From assembly GCA_021413965.1 (NCBI GenBank), contig JAIOPI010000019.1, positions 4,585 to 68,584 of the forward strand: DNA of 64,000 nt, in the 5' to 3' direction. Source of the stretch: Lentisphaerota bacterium. GTDB lineage: Bacteria; Verrucomicrobiota; Kiritimatiellia; UBA8416; JAIOPI01. Shown piece by piece: positions 38,575 to 46,891 of the stretch; position 1 is the first letter of the stretch, and each line of letters starts with the position of its first letter. Below the pieces are notes generated by a model. The model searched no databases. It was given only the letters and a program-made list of their open reading frames with translations, and was not told the origin of the DNA. The translations under genes were made by a program, and so were the position numbers.

Positions 38575-39432
38575 TTACTTACCCGAATCCACTGATACCG
38601 CTTCCACCGATTGTCCCTTTTGAATCTGCACGATGCGCTGTTTGCGTTCCGCATCCAAATCGCCAATCAGCGACTCGATTTCCTTGAATGTGACGCGCGG
38701 GAGCTTGTCGCGCGACTCGGCCGCGACATCGCCCTCGCGGCGCAGGACCGCGGCCAGTTCGCCGTGCTCCGAGGCAAACATCAGCAGCTGCGCCTCAGGC
38801 AGGGTCACGGACACCGTCACATCCCCACCGCCTTCGCCGGGTTCTGTGAGGGGCTTGCCACCGAAATTCTCGCCGACCGCCAGGACGGTAACATTCTGCA
38901 GCAGAACGACATTCACCATGTCGGACTTCTCGCGCCAGGTCGCGGCGGTGCTGCCGGCCACGGGCGTTTTGGCCTCCTGCTTGTCGGCAAAGCTGCCAAT
39001 GATGTCCACGTGGTCGTTGGGCTGCAGCAGGCTGCCTCCCTTGACGCCACGCGAAATGGGGACCGAGAAGGCGCGCTCACCTTCCGGGATGAGCGTGGCG
39101 AATCCGCCGCGACTCTCAACCTCCAGGTCTGACCAGAGAATGACCTGACCGGCCGCGATGTCCACCCGGGTCTTGCGGCCCACGATCAATTTCACATTGT
39201 CGCTGCCTTCGATGGCCTGGGGTGGGATGAACGCCTCGGGAACGTCCTTGGGTGAGAGCATGTCGAGGGTGAGTTCCGTGCCGCGCGGCACATCCTGCGC
39301 CACCGCCACGACGGGACGCCCCTGCAATTGCGACTGCGCTTCACGCTCCACGCGCTTCACGTAGGACCGCACCGCAAGCAACGCCACCACGCCCAGGACA
39401 ACCGCAATGATCAACGGTAGTCGGTTTTGCAC
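38575..39432 (-). CDS. cpaB: Flp pilus assembly protein CpaB/RcpC (SAF domain)
   Basis: N-terminal TM plus SAF-domain architecture, and locus position between flp and cpaC. Confidence 0.75.
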   Translation of the reverse strand: MQNRLPLIIAVVLGVVALLAVRSYVKRVEREAQSQLQGRPVVAVAQDVPRGTELTLDMLSPKDVPEAFIPPQAIEGSDNVKLIVGRKTRVDIAAGQVILWSDLEVESRGGFATLIPEGERAFSVPISRGVKGGSLLQPNDHVDIIGSFADKQEAKTPVAGSTAATWREKSDMVNVVLLQNVTVLAVGENFGGKPLTEPGEGGGDVTVSVTLPEAQLLMFASEHGELAAVLRREGDVAAESRDKLPRVTFKEIESLIGDLDAERKQRIVQIQKGQSVEAVSVDSGK

Positions 39433-39462
39433 ACCAAAGACCCTCCCCTTGTTCCCAATCTT

Positions 39463-39486
39463 CCTGCGCCGGACCCCCGGCGCAGG
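39463..39486 (-). terminator. perfect 10-bp stem / 4-nt loop hairpin (CCTGCGCCGG-ACCC-CCGGCGCAGG) just downstream of the flp pilin gene
   Basis: Perfect inverted repeat read directly. It lies 30 nt after the flp stop and ahead of cpaB. A second imperfect hairpin sits at ~39490-39515. Confidence 0.45.
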
Positions 39487-39516
39487 CGATGCGACAACCC
39501 ACCCGGAAGGGGGTTC

Positions 39517-39789
39517 TTAGTTGTTCGCCTTCTTGTCGAAAGCGTCCATGCTCTCCTTCTGCACGGCTTCCTGGCCTGACTTGGTCATGACCTGGCTGGC
39601 GCCCGCGCCCTGCGTGTCCTTGCCTCCCAGCGTGCCGGTGATGCGGGCGAAGGTCACCTTGATCTGCTGGCCGAACAGCGCGACGATCAGGATCGCGCCG
39701 ATCGCGATGACCGCGACGATGATGATGTACTCGGTCATTCCCTGGCCGGATTTCCGACGCAGCGACTTGTTCTTCACTGTGGGCATCAT
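39517..39789 (-). CDS. flp: Flp family type IVb pilin
   Basis: ...RRKSGQGMTEYIIIVAVIAIGAILIVALF is the canonical Flp G/XXXXEY motif plus hydrophobic helix. GGAGG RBS. Confidence 0.9.
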   Translation of the reverse strand: MMPTVKNKSLRRKSGQGMTEYIIIVAVIAIGAILIVALFGQQIKVTFARITGTLGGKDTQGAGASQVMTKSGQEAVQKESMDAFDKKANN

Positions 39790-39878
39790 TGCTACCTCCT
39801 TGACGTTAAGGTCTATGGCGGGAGGATAGATTCTCGGTCAACGATTGAACAGAAAAAAACGCTACCCCACTAATCCGA

Positions 39879-39890
39879 CCCCGCGCGGGG
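39879..39890. promoter_or_regulatory. 12-nt perfect palindrome CCCCGCGCGGGG followed by TATAGG (-10-like) in the flp / cpaF-2 divergent promoter region
   Basis: Read directly from the sequence. Position is consistent with an operator overlapping a promoter for either divergent unit. Confidence 0.3.
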
Positions 39891-40051
39891 AGTATAGGCG
39901 CTTTTGGCACGCCTGTGGGGTGATTGCCTCCGTTTCGCACGAATCGCCCCAATCCCGCGCTGGGAAATGGGGAAAGCCTGCTTGTCGTGGTGGCGAGGCG
40001 CGGTCTATACTGCGGCAGACCTGACGGGAGGCACGCGGAAGGGAGTCTCGC

Positions 40052-41233
40052 ATGGACGCAACGGATGATGAACCCAAGACCATGGCCCTGAGCACCGAGG
40101 ACCTTGCGAACGCCATGAAAGCGGAGGCGGCTTCTCCCGCCAAGCCCAAGTCCGACTCGGGCTCCTTTCTGGTCCTCTTCTTCGCCCCGATCCGGGAGTA
40201 CCTGGAAGATGACGACGTGTCCGAAATCATGATCAACGGTCCGAACCAGATCTACATCGAGCGCAAAGGCAAACTCACCAGCACGCCGGCCAAGTTCCTG
40301 AACGAACAGGCCCTGCAAGCGGCCGTCAAGAACGTGGCCCGCAATGTCGGCCGCATGTTCAACGCCGAGAATCCGCGCCTCGACGCCCGTCTGCCTGATG
40401 GCTCGCGCGTGCACGCCGTGATCCCGCCCCTGTCCCGCCAGGGCACGGTTGTGGCGATCCGCAAGTTCCGGCGCGAAAAGCTCAAGATCGATGACCTCGT
40501 CCGTTTCGGGAGCATTTCGCAATCCGGGGCGCAGCTGCTGGACGTCATCGTCCGTCTCCATAAGAATGTGATCGTGTCGGGCGCCACCTCGTCCGGCAAA
40601 ACGTCCGTGTTGAACGTCCTGAGTTCATTCATTCCCAATGAGGAGCGCATCCTCGTGATCGAGGACGCCAGCGAGCTGCAGTTGCAGCAGGTGCACATTG
40701 TGGCGTTCGAAACGCGCAAGGCAGACGAGCACGGCAAGGGCGAAGTGGCGATCCGCGATCTTGTCCACTCCAGCCTGCGCTTGCGCCCCGACCGTCTGGT
40801 CATCGGCGAAATCCGGGGCGGTGAGGCGCTGGACTTGTTGCAGGCCCTTAACACCGGTCACGCGGGCAGCATGTCCACGATTCACGCCAATGGGCCCGTC
40901 GATGCACTGACGCGCGTGGAGACCTGCGCCTTGCTGAGCGGCATCGATATTCCCTTGTCCGCCCTCCGGTCCCAGGTGGCGTCTGCCATCAATGCCGTGG
41001 TTCACACGGCCAGGCTGTCGGATGGCACGCGCAAGATCACCCACATCACCGAGGTGCTGGGACTGGAAAAGGGTGAGTATGCGGTTCGCGATTTGATCAC
41101 GTTCAAGTCGGGTGGCATGGACGAATCGGGCAAGCTCAAGGGCGCCCACAGCGGGTGCGGCGAGCTGCCCACCTTCATGGACGAAGCCAAAATGCTGCGC
41201 CTGCCCATCGATCCGGCCTGGTTTGCGGTCTGA
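40052..41233 (+). CDS. second CpaF/TadA-family secretion ATPase paralog (no FHA domain)
   Basis: Walker A GATSSGKTS, Asp box and His box (NTGHAGSMSTIHAN), 393 aa. Transcribed divergently from flp. Confidence 0.8.
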   Translation: MDATDDEPKTMALSTEDLANAMKAEAASPAKPKSDSGSFLVLFFAPIREYLEDDDVSEIMINGPNQIYIERKGKLTSTPAKFLNEQALQAAVKNVARNVGRMFNAENPRLDARLPDGSRVHAVIPPLSRQGTVVAIRKFRREKLKIDDLVRFGSISQSGAQLLDVIVRLHKNVIVSGATSSGKTSVLNVLSSFIPNEERILVIEDASELQLQQVHIVAFETRKADEHGKGEVAIRDLVHSSLRLRPDRLVIGEIRGGEALDLLQALNTGHAGSMSTIHANGPVDALTRVETCALLSGIDIPLSALRSQVASAINAVVHTARLSDGTRKITHITEVLGLEKGEYAVRDLITFKSGGMDESGKLKGAHSGCGELPTFMDEAKMLRLPIDPAWFAV

Positions 41234-41321
41234 CCGACTTCGTGGCCCCCAGCCACAGCGCCTCTGTTTGTAGACGATGGTCATCACCGGGCCCCTGTAC
41301 GGCAGACGTCTTCTGGCAGCC

Positions 41322-41660
41322 CTATCGATTGCGCAAGAAGCGGACTTCGACGCGCAAGCGCTCCACTTCGTCCAGCAAGTTCAGTAGCGTTCGAATCAGG
41401 GGTAGTTGTAGCCCGTGCACGACCCGCAGGTGTTCGATCCGCCGCGCCGTGCGAATGGCCTCTTCGCTGAATGCCATGGCCCCAACCGGCGGCAGCAGAA
41501 CGGGGTGCACGAGTCCGGCGCGACAGTAGATCAGCAAGGACCGTCGCGTGACGCCCGCGAGCCGGGCGGCCATATCGAGGCTGTACAGCGCATCCGGCTG
41601 GGGTTCGAACACCTCCAGGGCCTGGGCTGGCGCGCGATCGGCATCTGATGGCGTGTTCAT
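41322..41660 (-). CDS. cbpM: chaperone modulator CbpM-like (MerR-type HTH)
   Basis: ~110 aa with YSLDMAARLAGVTRRSLLIYCRAGLV HTH. ATGA overlap with the upstream cbpA stop; canonical cbpA-cbpM pairing. Confidence 0.6.
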   Translation of the reverse strand: MNTPSDADRAPAQALEVFEPQPDALYSLDMAARLAGVTRRSLLIYCRAGLVHPVLLPPVGAMAFSEEAIRTARRIEHLRVVHGLQLPLIRTLLNLLDEVERLRVEVRFLRNR

Positions 41661-42628
41661 GGGGATTGCCTCGGCTTCTGCCGCGCTTGGGCGGCCAGTT
41701 GTTCCCACAAAGCCTTTTCATCCGGTGTCAGCTGCGACGGGACCTGGATGCTCACGACGGCATAATAATCGCCCCGCGTCCCGTTTCCCGTGGGCAACCC
41801 CTTGCCCCGGAGACGAAAGTGCTTGCGCGCCGCTGTACCGGCCGGAATTTTCAGGGACACCTGCCCGTCCAGCGTGGGGATAAGGACAGCGGAACCCAAG
41901 ACCGCGTCCCATGGGGATACTTCCACATGGTGATAGAGGTCGGCACCGCGCACCTGGAAGTCCGGGTGTTGTGCGAACCTGACACTGAGGTAGAGATCCC
42001 CTGAGGGGCCTCCGCCGTGGCCGGTTTCGCCTTTGCCCGCCAGCCGAACGAGTTGGCCGTCCCGGACACCGGGCGGAATCCGGACCCGTAACGTCTGCGT
42101 GGTGGCTTGCCTGGTGCGGGGATCGGTGCGCTGCAACCGGATGGTGCGCGTCGACCCGCTCACAATTTCGGCGAGCGTCACCAGCAGGCCGCTCTCGACG
42201 TCCCGGCCACGCCGGGGGAATGGTGTGTTCTCTGCGCCCGCCGTGCGGCTCTGGTCAAATCCGGCGAAGGGGTGTTCACGGCCGCCAAAGAACTGCTCAA
42301 AGAAATCGCTGAAGCCGGTGCCCTCAAAATGGAATTCAGTCCCCGTGCCGGCCTGCCCGCCAAAGCCCCCAGGTGCTGCGGCTGCTTGCCGCGCGGGGTT
42401 GTTCCAGTCAGCGCCCAGCTCGTCGTATCGCCGCCGCTTGTCCGGATCGCTGAGAACTTCGTTGGCCTCGTTGATGTCCTTGAACCGGGATTCGGCGGCG
42501 GTTTTGTCCTTGGCGACGTCGGGATGGTAAAGGCGGGCGAGCCTGCGGAACGCCTTCTTGATGTCGTCGCCGGTCGCGTCGCGCGCCAACTCCAAAACTG
42601 CGTAGTAGTCCTTGTATTCGACCGGCAT
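41657..42628 (-). CDS. cbpA: curved-DNA-binding protein CbpA (DnaJ-like co-chaperone without Zn finger)
   Basis: J-domain KDYYAVLELARDATGDDIKKAFRRLARLYHPD with HPD. Gly-rich linker and two C-terminal DnaJ beta-domains; no CxxCxGxG repeats. Confidence 0.8.
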   Translation of the reverse strand: MPVEYKDYYAVLELARDATGDDIKKAFRRLARLYHPDVAKDKTAAESRFKDINEANEVLSDPDKRRRYDELGADWNNPARQAAAAPGGFGGQAGTGTEFHFEGTGFSDFFEQFFGGREHPFAGFDQSRTAGAENTPFPRRGRDVESGLLVTLAEIVSGSTRTIRLQRTDPRTRQATTQTLRVRIPPGVRDGQLVRLAGKGETGHGGGPSGDLYLSVRFAQHPDFQVRGADLYHHVEVSPWDAVLGSAVLIPTLDGQVSLKIPAGTAARKHFRLRGKGLPTGNGTRGDYYAVVSIQVPSQLTPDEKALWEQLAAQARQKPRQSP

Positions 42629-42727
42629 GACCGACTCCCGGGTGAGCACCCACGAGGGATGCGGCGATGGCGGTTGCGAGTCGCCGCGGCGTGGCGCCGG
42701 CAGGAAGCGCGCGGCACGTCGGGAGCC

Positions 42728-42919
42728 CTAACCGTAAAAGTACTCGGGGCTGACGTTCTGGCTGCCAGCCAGAACGATCACAGGCGCCTTGTCGTCCGCG
42801 CGATCCCGCGGTCGCGCGGTGGTGGCCGAAACGGTGCAAGTATCCTCCGACCTCGTGTAGGCCTTGGGGGGCACGTCGATTTCGATCGGGTGGTATTCGA
42901 CTCTGGGCTGGGTCGCCAT
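42728..42919 (-). CDS. small hypothetical protein (63 aa)
   Basis: ORF only; sits between the stress-motif gene and cbpA. Confidence 0.3.
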   Translation of the reverse strand: MATQPRVEYHPIEIDVPPKAYTRSEDTCTVSATTARPRDRADDKAPVIVLAGSQNVSPEYFYG

Positions 42920-42934
42920 CGGGCACCTCCTCGG

Positions 42935-43318
42935 TTACGGCATGCGCACGGGAAATTCCTGTCCGGAGTGCTCCGCAGGGCGCACGCGGAGTTGCAGTGG
43001 TCGCCGGCCTCCGAAAAGGCGAACGGGGTGGCCGGGTTTCTGCACGATGTTCATGACCAGGTTGATGGCGGCGGCGGTGCCATCGTAGAGCACATGGATC
43101 TTGCCGCGCTCCGCATCAATACGCACGGCGTTCACCCCCGGGATGGCTTCCAGCCGTGCCTTGATGTCCTCCGGCGGCTCCACCCCCCCGCATGGCGGCT
43201 GCATGCCCAGCACGGCGAAGGCCGGCTGCGGGCTTCGTGGCTCCAGCGCACGATCGGCGTGATCACGATTACCCAACGGGGTTTCAGCCGAACCCTTTGC
43301 TCTCATAGTCACGACCAT
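42935..43318 (-). CDS. hypothetical protein
   Basis: ORF starting MVVTMRAKG; preceded by a conserved motif copy at 43342-43361. The longer version of the ORF (to 43393) would contain the motif. Confidence 0.35.
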   Translation of the reverse strand: MVVTMRAKGSAETPLGNRDHADRALEPRSPQPAFAVLGMQPPCGGVEPPEDIKARLEAIPGVNAVRIDAERGKIHVLYDGTAAAINLVMNIVQKPGHPVRLFGGRRPLQLRVRPAEHSGQEFPVRMP

Positions 43319-43341
43319 ACCGCCGCGGTAAACCGAGATGC

Positions 43342-43361
43342 CATGGGGTAAAACCCTACCA
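43342..43361 (-). promoter_or_regulatory. conserved motif copy 1: CCATGGGGTAAAACCCTACC (gene-strand reading GGTAGGGTTTTACCCCATGG)
   Basis: One of five near-identical ~20-mers, each found upstream of a stress-type gene. Confidence 0.5.
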
Positions 43362-43411
43362 ATCGCCCATCGGCCGCGAACCGAACGCCGCATCGCGCAT
43401 CGACCGCGCGG

Positions 43412-43807
43412 TCAGCTTGGTGGAAGCCGGCGCGAGGCCTTTCGAAGGAGTTCCGTGACGCCCGACTTGTCCATCCAGGCTTGCTCCTGGAAGGCGGCGC
43501 GCAGCGCCACCCAGCCAGCCGCGATGTAGCCGCCCCCGAGGATCATGCCGAGGAGCGCCTTGGCCGCCATGCTCCAGGGGAGCAGGATGAAGAGCCCGAT
43601 GTGGAACATCAGCACGCCCAGGCCCAGGAGCCCAACCATGAGCACGATCTGCAACAGGCCGAGCGCCGACAGCCGGGCCAGCTGGACCCCGCGCACGTAG
43701 CACGCCGTCGCCTCGATCCGCAGCAGGTCCGTCGTGGCGCGCCGGTAATCGGCCAGCAGCTTCACCACGAGTCCCGCCTGCAATCCCCTGATCAGAAACT
43801 TGAGCAT
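43412..43807 (-). CDS. YqjE-like inner-membrane protein (putative holin-X / phage_holin_3_6 superfamily)
   Basis: ~130 aa with two TM helices. Directly downstream of the DUF883 gene, as in the yqjD-yqjE pairing. Confidence 0.45.
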   Translation of the reverse strand: MLKFLIRGLQAGLVVKLLADYRRATTDLLRIEATACYVRGVQLARLSALGLLQIVLMVGLLGLGVLMFHIGLFILLPWSMAAKALLGMILGGGYIAAGWVALRAAFQEQAWMDKSGVTELLRKASRRLPPS

Positions 43808-43827
43808 CGCGTCGCCTGCGGCTGGGG

Positions 43828-44169
43828 TTACTTCGGGTTGCGACCCAGAATGGCGCCCAGCAGCAGTCCAACCACGGCTGATCCCGCAATGAACGCCCAC
43901 GGGTTCTGGTGCACCGACTTGTCCACGTCGCGCGTGATCTCACACGCCTTCGCGACGCTCGCCTCTTTCGCGTGCGTCGCCGCTTCGCTCGCGTGGTGCC
44001 GCGCTTCGGTCAGCGACTTGACCAGGCCGGTTTCGGTTTCCACAATCACGTTCTTCAGATGCGTGTACTTGTCGGACATGAGGCCCTTCAACTCGTCCTT
44101 CTTTTGCGTGGCCGCTTCCTCCAGCAGTTTCAAGGCTTCCGCAAGGTTCTCGCTGCTTGTGTGCGTCAT
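43828..44169 (-). CDS. DUF883 family ribosome-associated membrane-anchored stress protein (ElaB/YqjD/YgaM-like)
   Basis: Helical N-terminal region and C-terminal TM anchor (NPWAFIAGSAVVGLLLGAILGR); ~113 aa. Confidence 0.65.
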   Translation of the reverse strand: MTHTSSENLAEALKLLEEAATQKKDELKGLMSDKYTHLKNVIVETETGLVKSLTEARHHASEAATHAKEASVAKACEITRDVDKSVHQNPWAFIAGSAVVGLLLGAILGRNPK

Positions 44170-44250
44170 GACAACACTCCTTCTGACATTCTGTTTACGT
44201 TCCCGATTCCATCTGAGTAAGGCCACGCTACGCCGTGCGCCTGCTCGCGG

Positions 44251-44270
44251 CTATGGGGTAAAACCCTACC
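44251..44270 (-). promoter_or_regulatory. conserved motif copy 2: CTATGGGGTAAAACCCTACC, ~80 nt upstream of the DUF883 gene
   Basis: See motif copy 1. Confidence 0.5.
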
Positions 44271-44308
44271 TGCCGAAGACGCCGGCGCGCGTGGCCGAGG
44301 GATGTCTC

Positions 44309-44887
44309 TCAAATGAAGCCAAGGACAGGTCTCTGCCAGCCCCCGGTCTCGGCGCCGATATGCATCTTCAGATACGAGGTGAGCGACGCCTCGGAAGACA
44401 AGCCCTTGCCATCGTTCAGCCAGGTCAGCAGGTACTTGGTGAACAGCCCGTGATCGCCGCTTTCAAACGCCTCGTACGTGGATGCCGCCAGAATCTTCCG
44501 GGTCCCTGACGTCTTCAGGCCGAGGCCGATGTAGCAGCAATCTAGCACCAGCATCGTCTGCGCGCGGGCAATGTCGGTGAGCGCAAGGTCGCCATCTCGC
44601 AGAATCAGTCGACCGGTTACGGCGTGACCCGCGAAGTACACCAGGTCGGGGTGACGCGCCAGCGCCTCCAGGACCTTGGCGCGCGTGACGTCCAGGCCCG
44701 TCAACGTCTGGACATCATCCCCCAGGCGCGTGAACGCCTGTGCCATTTCGGTGGCGTCATTCTCCGCGTATCGCAGTTGGGGATACCGATCGTAGGCGTT
44801 CAGCCCGATACAGAGCACCGTGTCGGCTCCCGCACTCATCAGCACCGTGGCGATGAGCGCACCGAGCAGGATCTTCGCGCGACGCAT
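44309..44887 (-). CDS. minimal secreted caspase-family (peptidase C14-like) protein
   Basis: Signal peptide MRRAKILLGALIATVLMSAGA. His block YFAGHAV and Cys block LVLDCCYIG are in caspase-like order and spacing; 192 aa. Confidence 0.5.
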   Translation of the reverse strand: MRRAKILLGALIATVLMSAGADTVLCIGLNAYDRYPQLRYAENDATEMAQAFTRLGDDVQTLTGLDVTRAKVLEALARHPDLVYFAGHAVTGRLILRDGDLALTDIARAQTMLVLDCCYIGLGLKTSGTRKILAASTYEAFESGDHGLFTKYLLTWLNDGKGLSSEASLTSYLKMHIGAETGGWQRPVLGFI

Positions 44888-44994
44888 GAGCGGGGGCTCC
44901 TTGTTGAAGCGGTTGCCGGAGCGCGGCCACCGGTCGGGTCATGAGGCAAGTGGGATTCAGATGAGATGACATTACGGGCGCTCGCCGGTCGTGA

Positions 44995-45014
44995 CCATGG
45001 GGTCTAACCCGTAG
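44995..45014 (-). promoter_or_regulatory. conserved motif copy 3: CCATGGGGTCTAACCCGTAG, ~110 nt upstream of the caspase-like gene
   Basis: See motif copy 1. Confidence 0.45.
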
Positions 45015-45040
45015 ATTCCGCGAACAGCGGGGGCGTGGCG

Positions 45041-45062
45041 TGGGGTAGGGTTCAGCCCCATG
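45041..45062 (+). promoter_or_regulatory. conserved motif copy 4 (opposite orientation): GGGGTAGGGTTCAGCCCCATGG, ~75 nt upstream of entericidin
   Basis: Reverse complement matches CCATGGGGCTGAACCCTACCCC; orientation is consistent with a + strand target. Confidence 0.45.
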
Positions 45063-45133
45063 GCGTGAGGACGTCGCGCGGACTAGGGTGCTGGCAGATC
45101 GAGGCCACATTCCGTCGGACGCGGGGAGCTGAT

Positions 45134-45262
45134 ATGAAAATACTATGCGCCATGTTGATCATGCTGGGGGCGTCGTTGACCATGCTGGGCTGCAATACCG
45201 TGAAGGGTGCGGGGCAGGACGTTGAAAACGTGGGCGATGCGATGAAAGACGCCGTCAATTGA
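45134..45262 (+). CDS. ecnB: entericidin A/B family small lipoprotein
   Basis: MKILCAMLIMLGASLTMLGCNTVKGAGQDVENVGDAMKDAVN: lipobox LGC plus the conserved entericidin core; GGGGAG RBS. Confidence 0.8.
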   Translation: MKILCAMLIMLGASLTMLGCNTVKGAGQDVENVGDAMKDAVN

Positions 45263-45363
45263 TGCTCGGCATGCGACCGTCCGGGATGGCCGTGCGCTAC
45301 CGGGCGGCGCAGGCGGGCGCGGTCGGGTCCGGGCGCGCGCACATTGAATCAGGTTCGTCCAGT

Positions 45364-46881
45364 ATGATGAAGACGAGCAAATTGATCCGTGGGAGCCGCG
45401 TGCGGATAGGCCTCCTGGTTGCGGTCATGCTGCTGCCGCGAGTCGGCAAGGCGCAGGGGCCCGCCCCCGCCGCTGAACCGTCGACCAAAGCGTCCGACGC
45501 CACACCAGGCCCGCGGGTAACCAGCTACGAAGGGGCCGGCCCTCAGCCCCGGGTCGGGGTGGCCGAGGAAACCGTGACCGGTGAATCGTGGGGCGACTAC
45601 AGCTATGTCATCCCCTTTCTGGAAGTGGTTGCGTTTGAGGCCACGCTGAATATCTATGACCGGGCGTACCAGGAGGAGGGGACGTACGACACCACCTACA
45701 AGACGTTCGAGCGCAATTTCAAAACCGCGCCAGTGGTCGATGCCGACACGTTTCAGATCAATCAGCTCTATCATCCGTACCAGGGCGCGATGTATTTCGG
45801 CTTTGGACGGTCGGCGGGCCTCAGCTACTGGCAATCGTTGCTGTACAGCATGGGCGGCAGCGAACTCTGGGAAACGGCGGGCGAAACGGGACCGCCGTCC
45901 TTCAACGACCAGATCGCCAGCGGCATCGGCGGGAGTTTTCTTGGCGAGCCGCTCATTCGCATGGCCAGCCTGCTGCTGGAGGGGGGCGGCGCTCGGCCAG
46001 GCCCCTGGCGGGAAGCCGGCGCGGCGATCATCTCGCCGCCGACGGGCATCAATCGCCTCGCGTTCGGCGAGCGCTTCGACAAGGTGTTCCCCAGCCACAA
46101 CCCGCCGACCTTCACGCGCGTGCGGCTCGGCCTGAGCACCACGTCGCGACAGTCGGATAATGGCCATGTGGAAACGTATGACCGGCAGCAGGTGAGCGCC
46201 GACTTCCTGATGGCCTATGGACTCCCGGGTAAGTCGACGTACACCTATGACCGTCCATTCGACTACTTCAATTTCGAATTCGCCGCCGGCTCCGGCGAAG
46301 GGACGTTTCAGAACATCATGAGCCGCGGCCTGCTCTACGGAACCGACTATGAGGCCGGTGAATCCTACCGCGGCATCTGGGGATTGTATGGGAGCTACGA
46401 CTACATCTCGCCCGATACCTTTCGCGTTTCCAGCACGGCTGTCTCGCTCGGAACCACGGCGCAATGGTGGCTGATGCCGGATGTGGCGCTGCAGTACTCC
46501 GCCCTGGGGGGCGCCGGATATGCGGCCGCGGGCACCATCCACGGGGAAGATGAGCGCGACTACCGTTACGGGGCGACGCCGCAGGCACTTCTGGATCTCC
46601 GCCTCATCCTGGGTGACCGGGCCATGCTGGACGCCACGGGTCGCGAGTACTACATCAGCGACGTCGGCGGCACGAGTCCCGGGGGATACGAACTGATTGG
46701 ACGCCAGAACGTCGGCGTCACCATCCGCGTGTGCGGGCAGCACGGCCTTGGGGTCCGACTCGTACGCACGACCCGGGATGCCCATGTGGACGGTTTGAGC
46801 GCCAGGGAGCAGATGGAAAGCATCGTCAGCGTGGCGTACACCCTTCTTGGCGACGACAACTTCGGCGCGGTCGAGTGGTGA
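45364..46881 (+). CDS. hypothetical secreted protein (505 aa), Gly/Tyr-rich, possibly outer-membrane associated
   Basis: Signal peptide MMKTSKLIRGSRVRIGLLVAVMLLPRVGKAQG; no recognisable catalytic motif. Confidence 0.4.
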   Translation: MMKTSKLIRGSRVRIGLLVAVMLLPRVGKAQGPAPAAEPSTKASDATPGPRVTSYEGAGPQPRVGVAEETVTGESWGDYSYVIPFLEVVAFEATLNIYDRAYQEEGTYDTTYKTFERNFKTAPVVDADTFQINQLYHPYQGAMYFGFGRSAGLSYWQSLLYSMGGSELWETAGETGPPSFNDQIASGIGGSFLGEPLIRMASLLLEGGGARPGPWREAGAAIISPPTGINRLAFGERFDKVFPSHNPPTFTRVRLGLSTTSRQSDNGHVETYDRQQVSADFLMAYGLPGKSTYTYDRPFDYFNFEFAAGSGEGTFQNIMSRGLLYGTDYEAGESYRGIWGLYGSYDYISPDTFRVSSTAVSLGTTAQWWLMPDVALQYSALGGAGYAAAGTIHGEDERDYRYGATPQALLDLRLILGDRAMLDATGREYYISDVGGTSPGGYELIGRQNVGVTIRVCGQHGLGVRLVRTTRDAHVDGLSAREQMESIVSVAYTLLGDDNFGAVEW

Positions 46882-46891
46882 TCGAGCGGCG

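Noticed and set aside
39866-39900. TGGCAC element upstream of cpaF-2 looked like a sigma-54 -24 box
   Set aside because: No TTGC(A/T) at the required 4-nt spacing after TGGCACG (the sequence continues GCCTGTGGGG), so the -24/-12 architecture is not satisfied.
42650-42727. Possible sixth copy of the stress motif upstream of cbpA (CCCTAACCGTAAAAGTAC)
   Set aside because: It shares only a partial AAAAC/CCCTA core and lacks the CCATGGGG half, so it is too divergent to count. cbpA is more likely driven from the motif copy at 43342 via the upstream genes.
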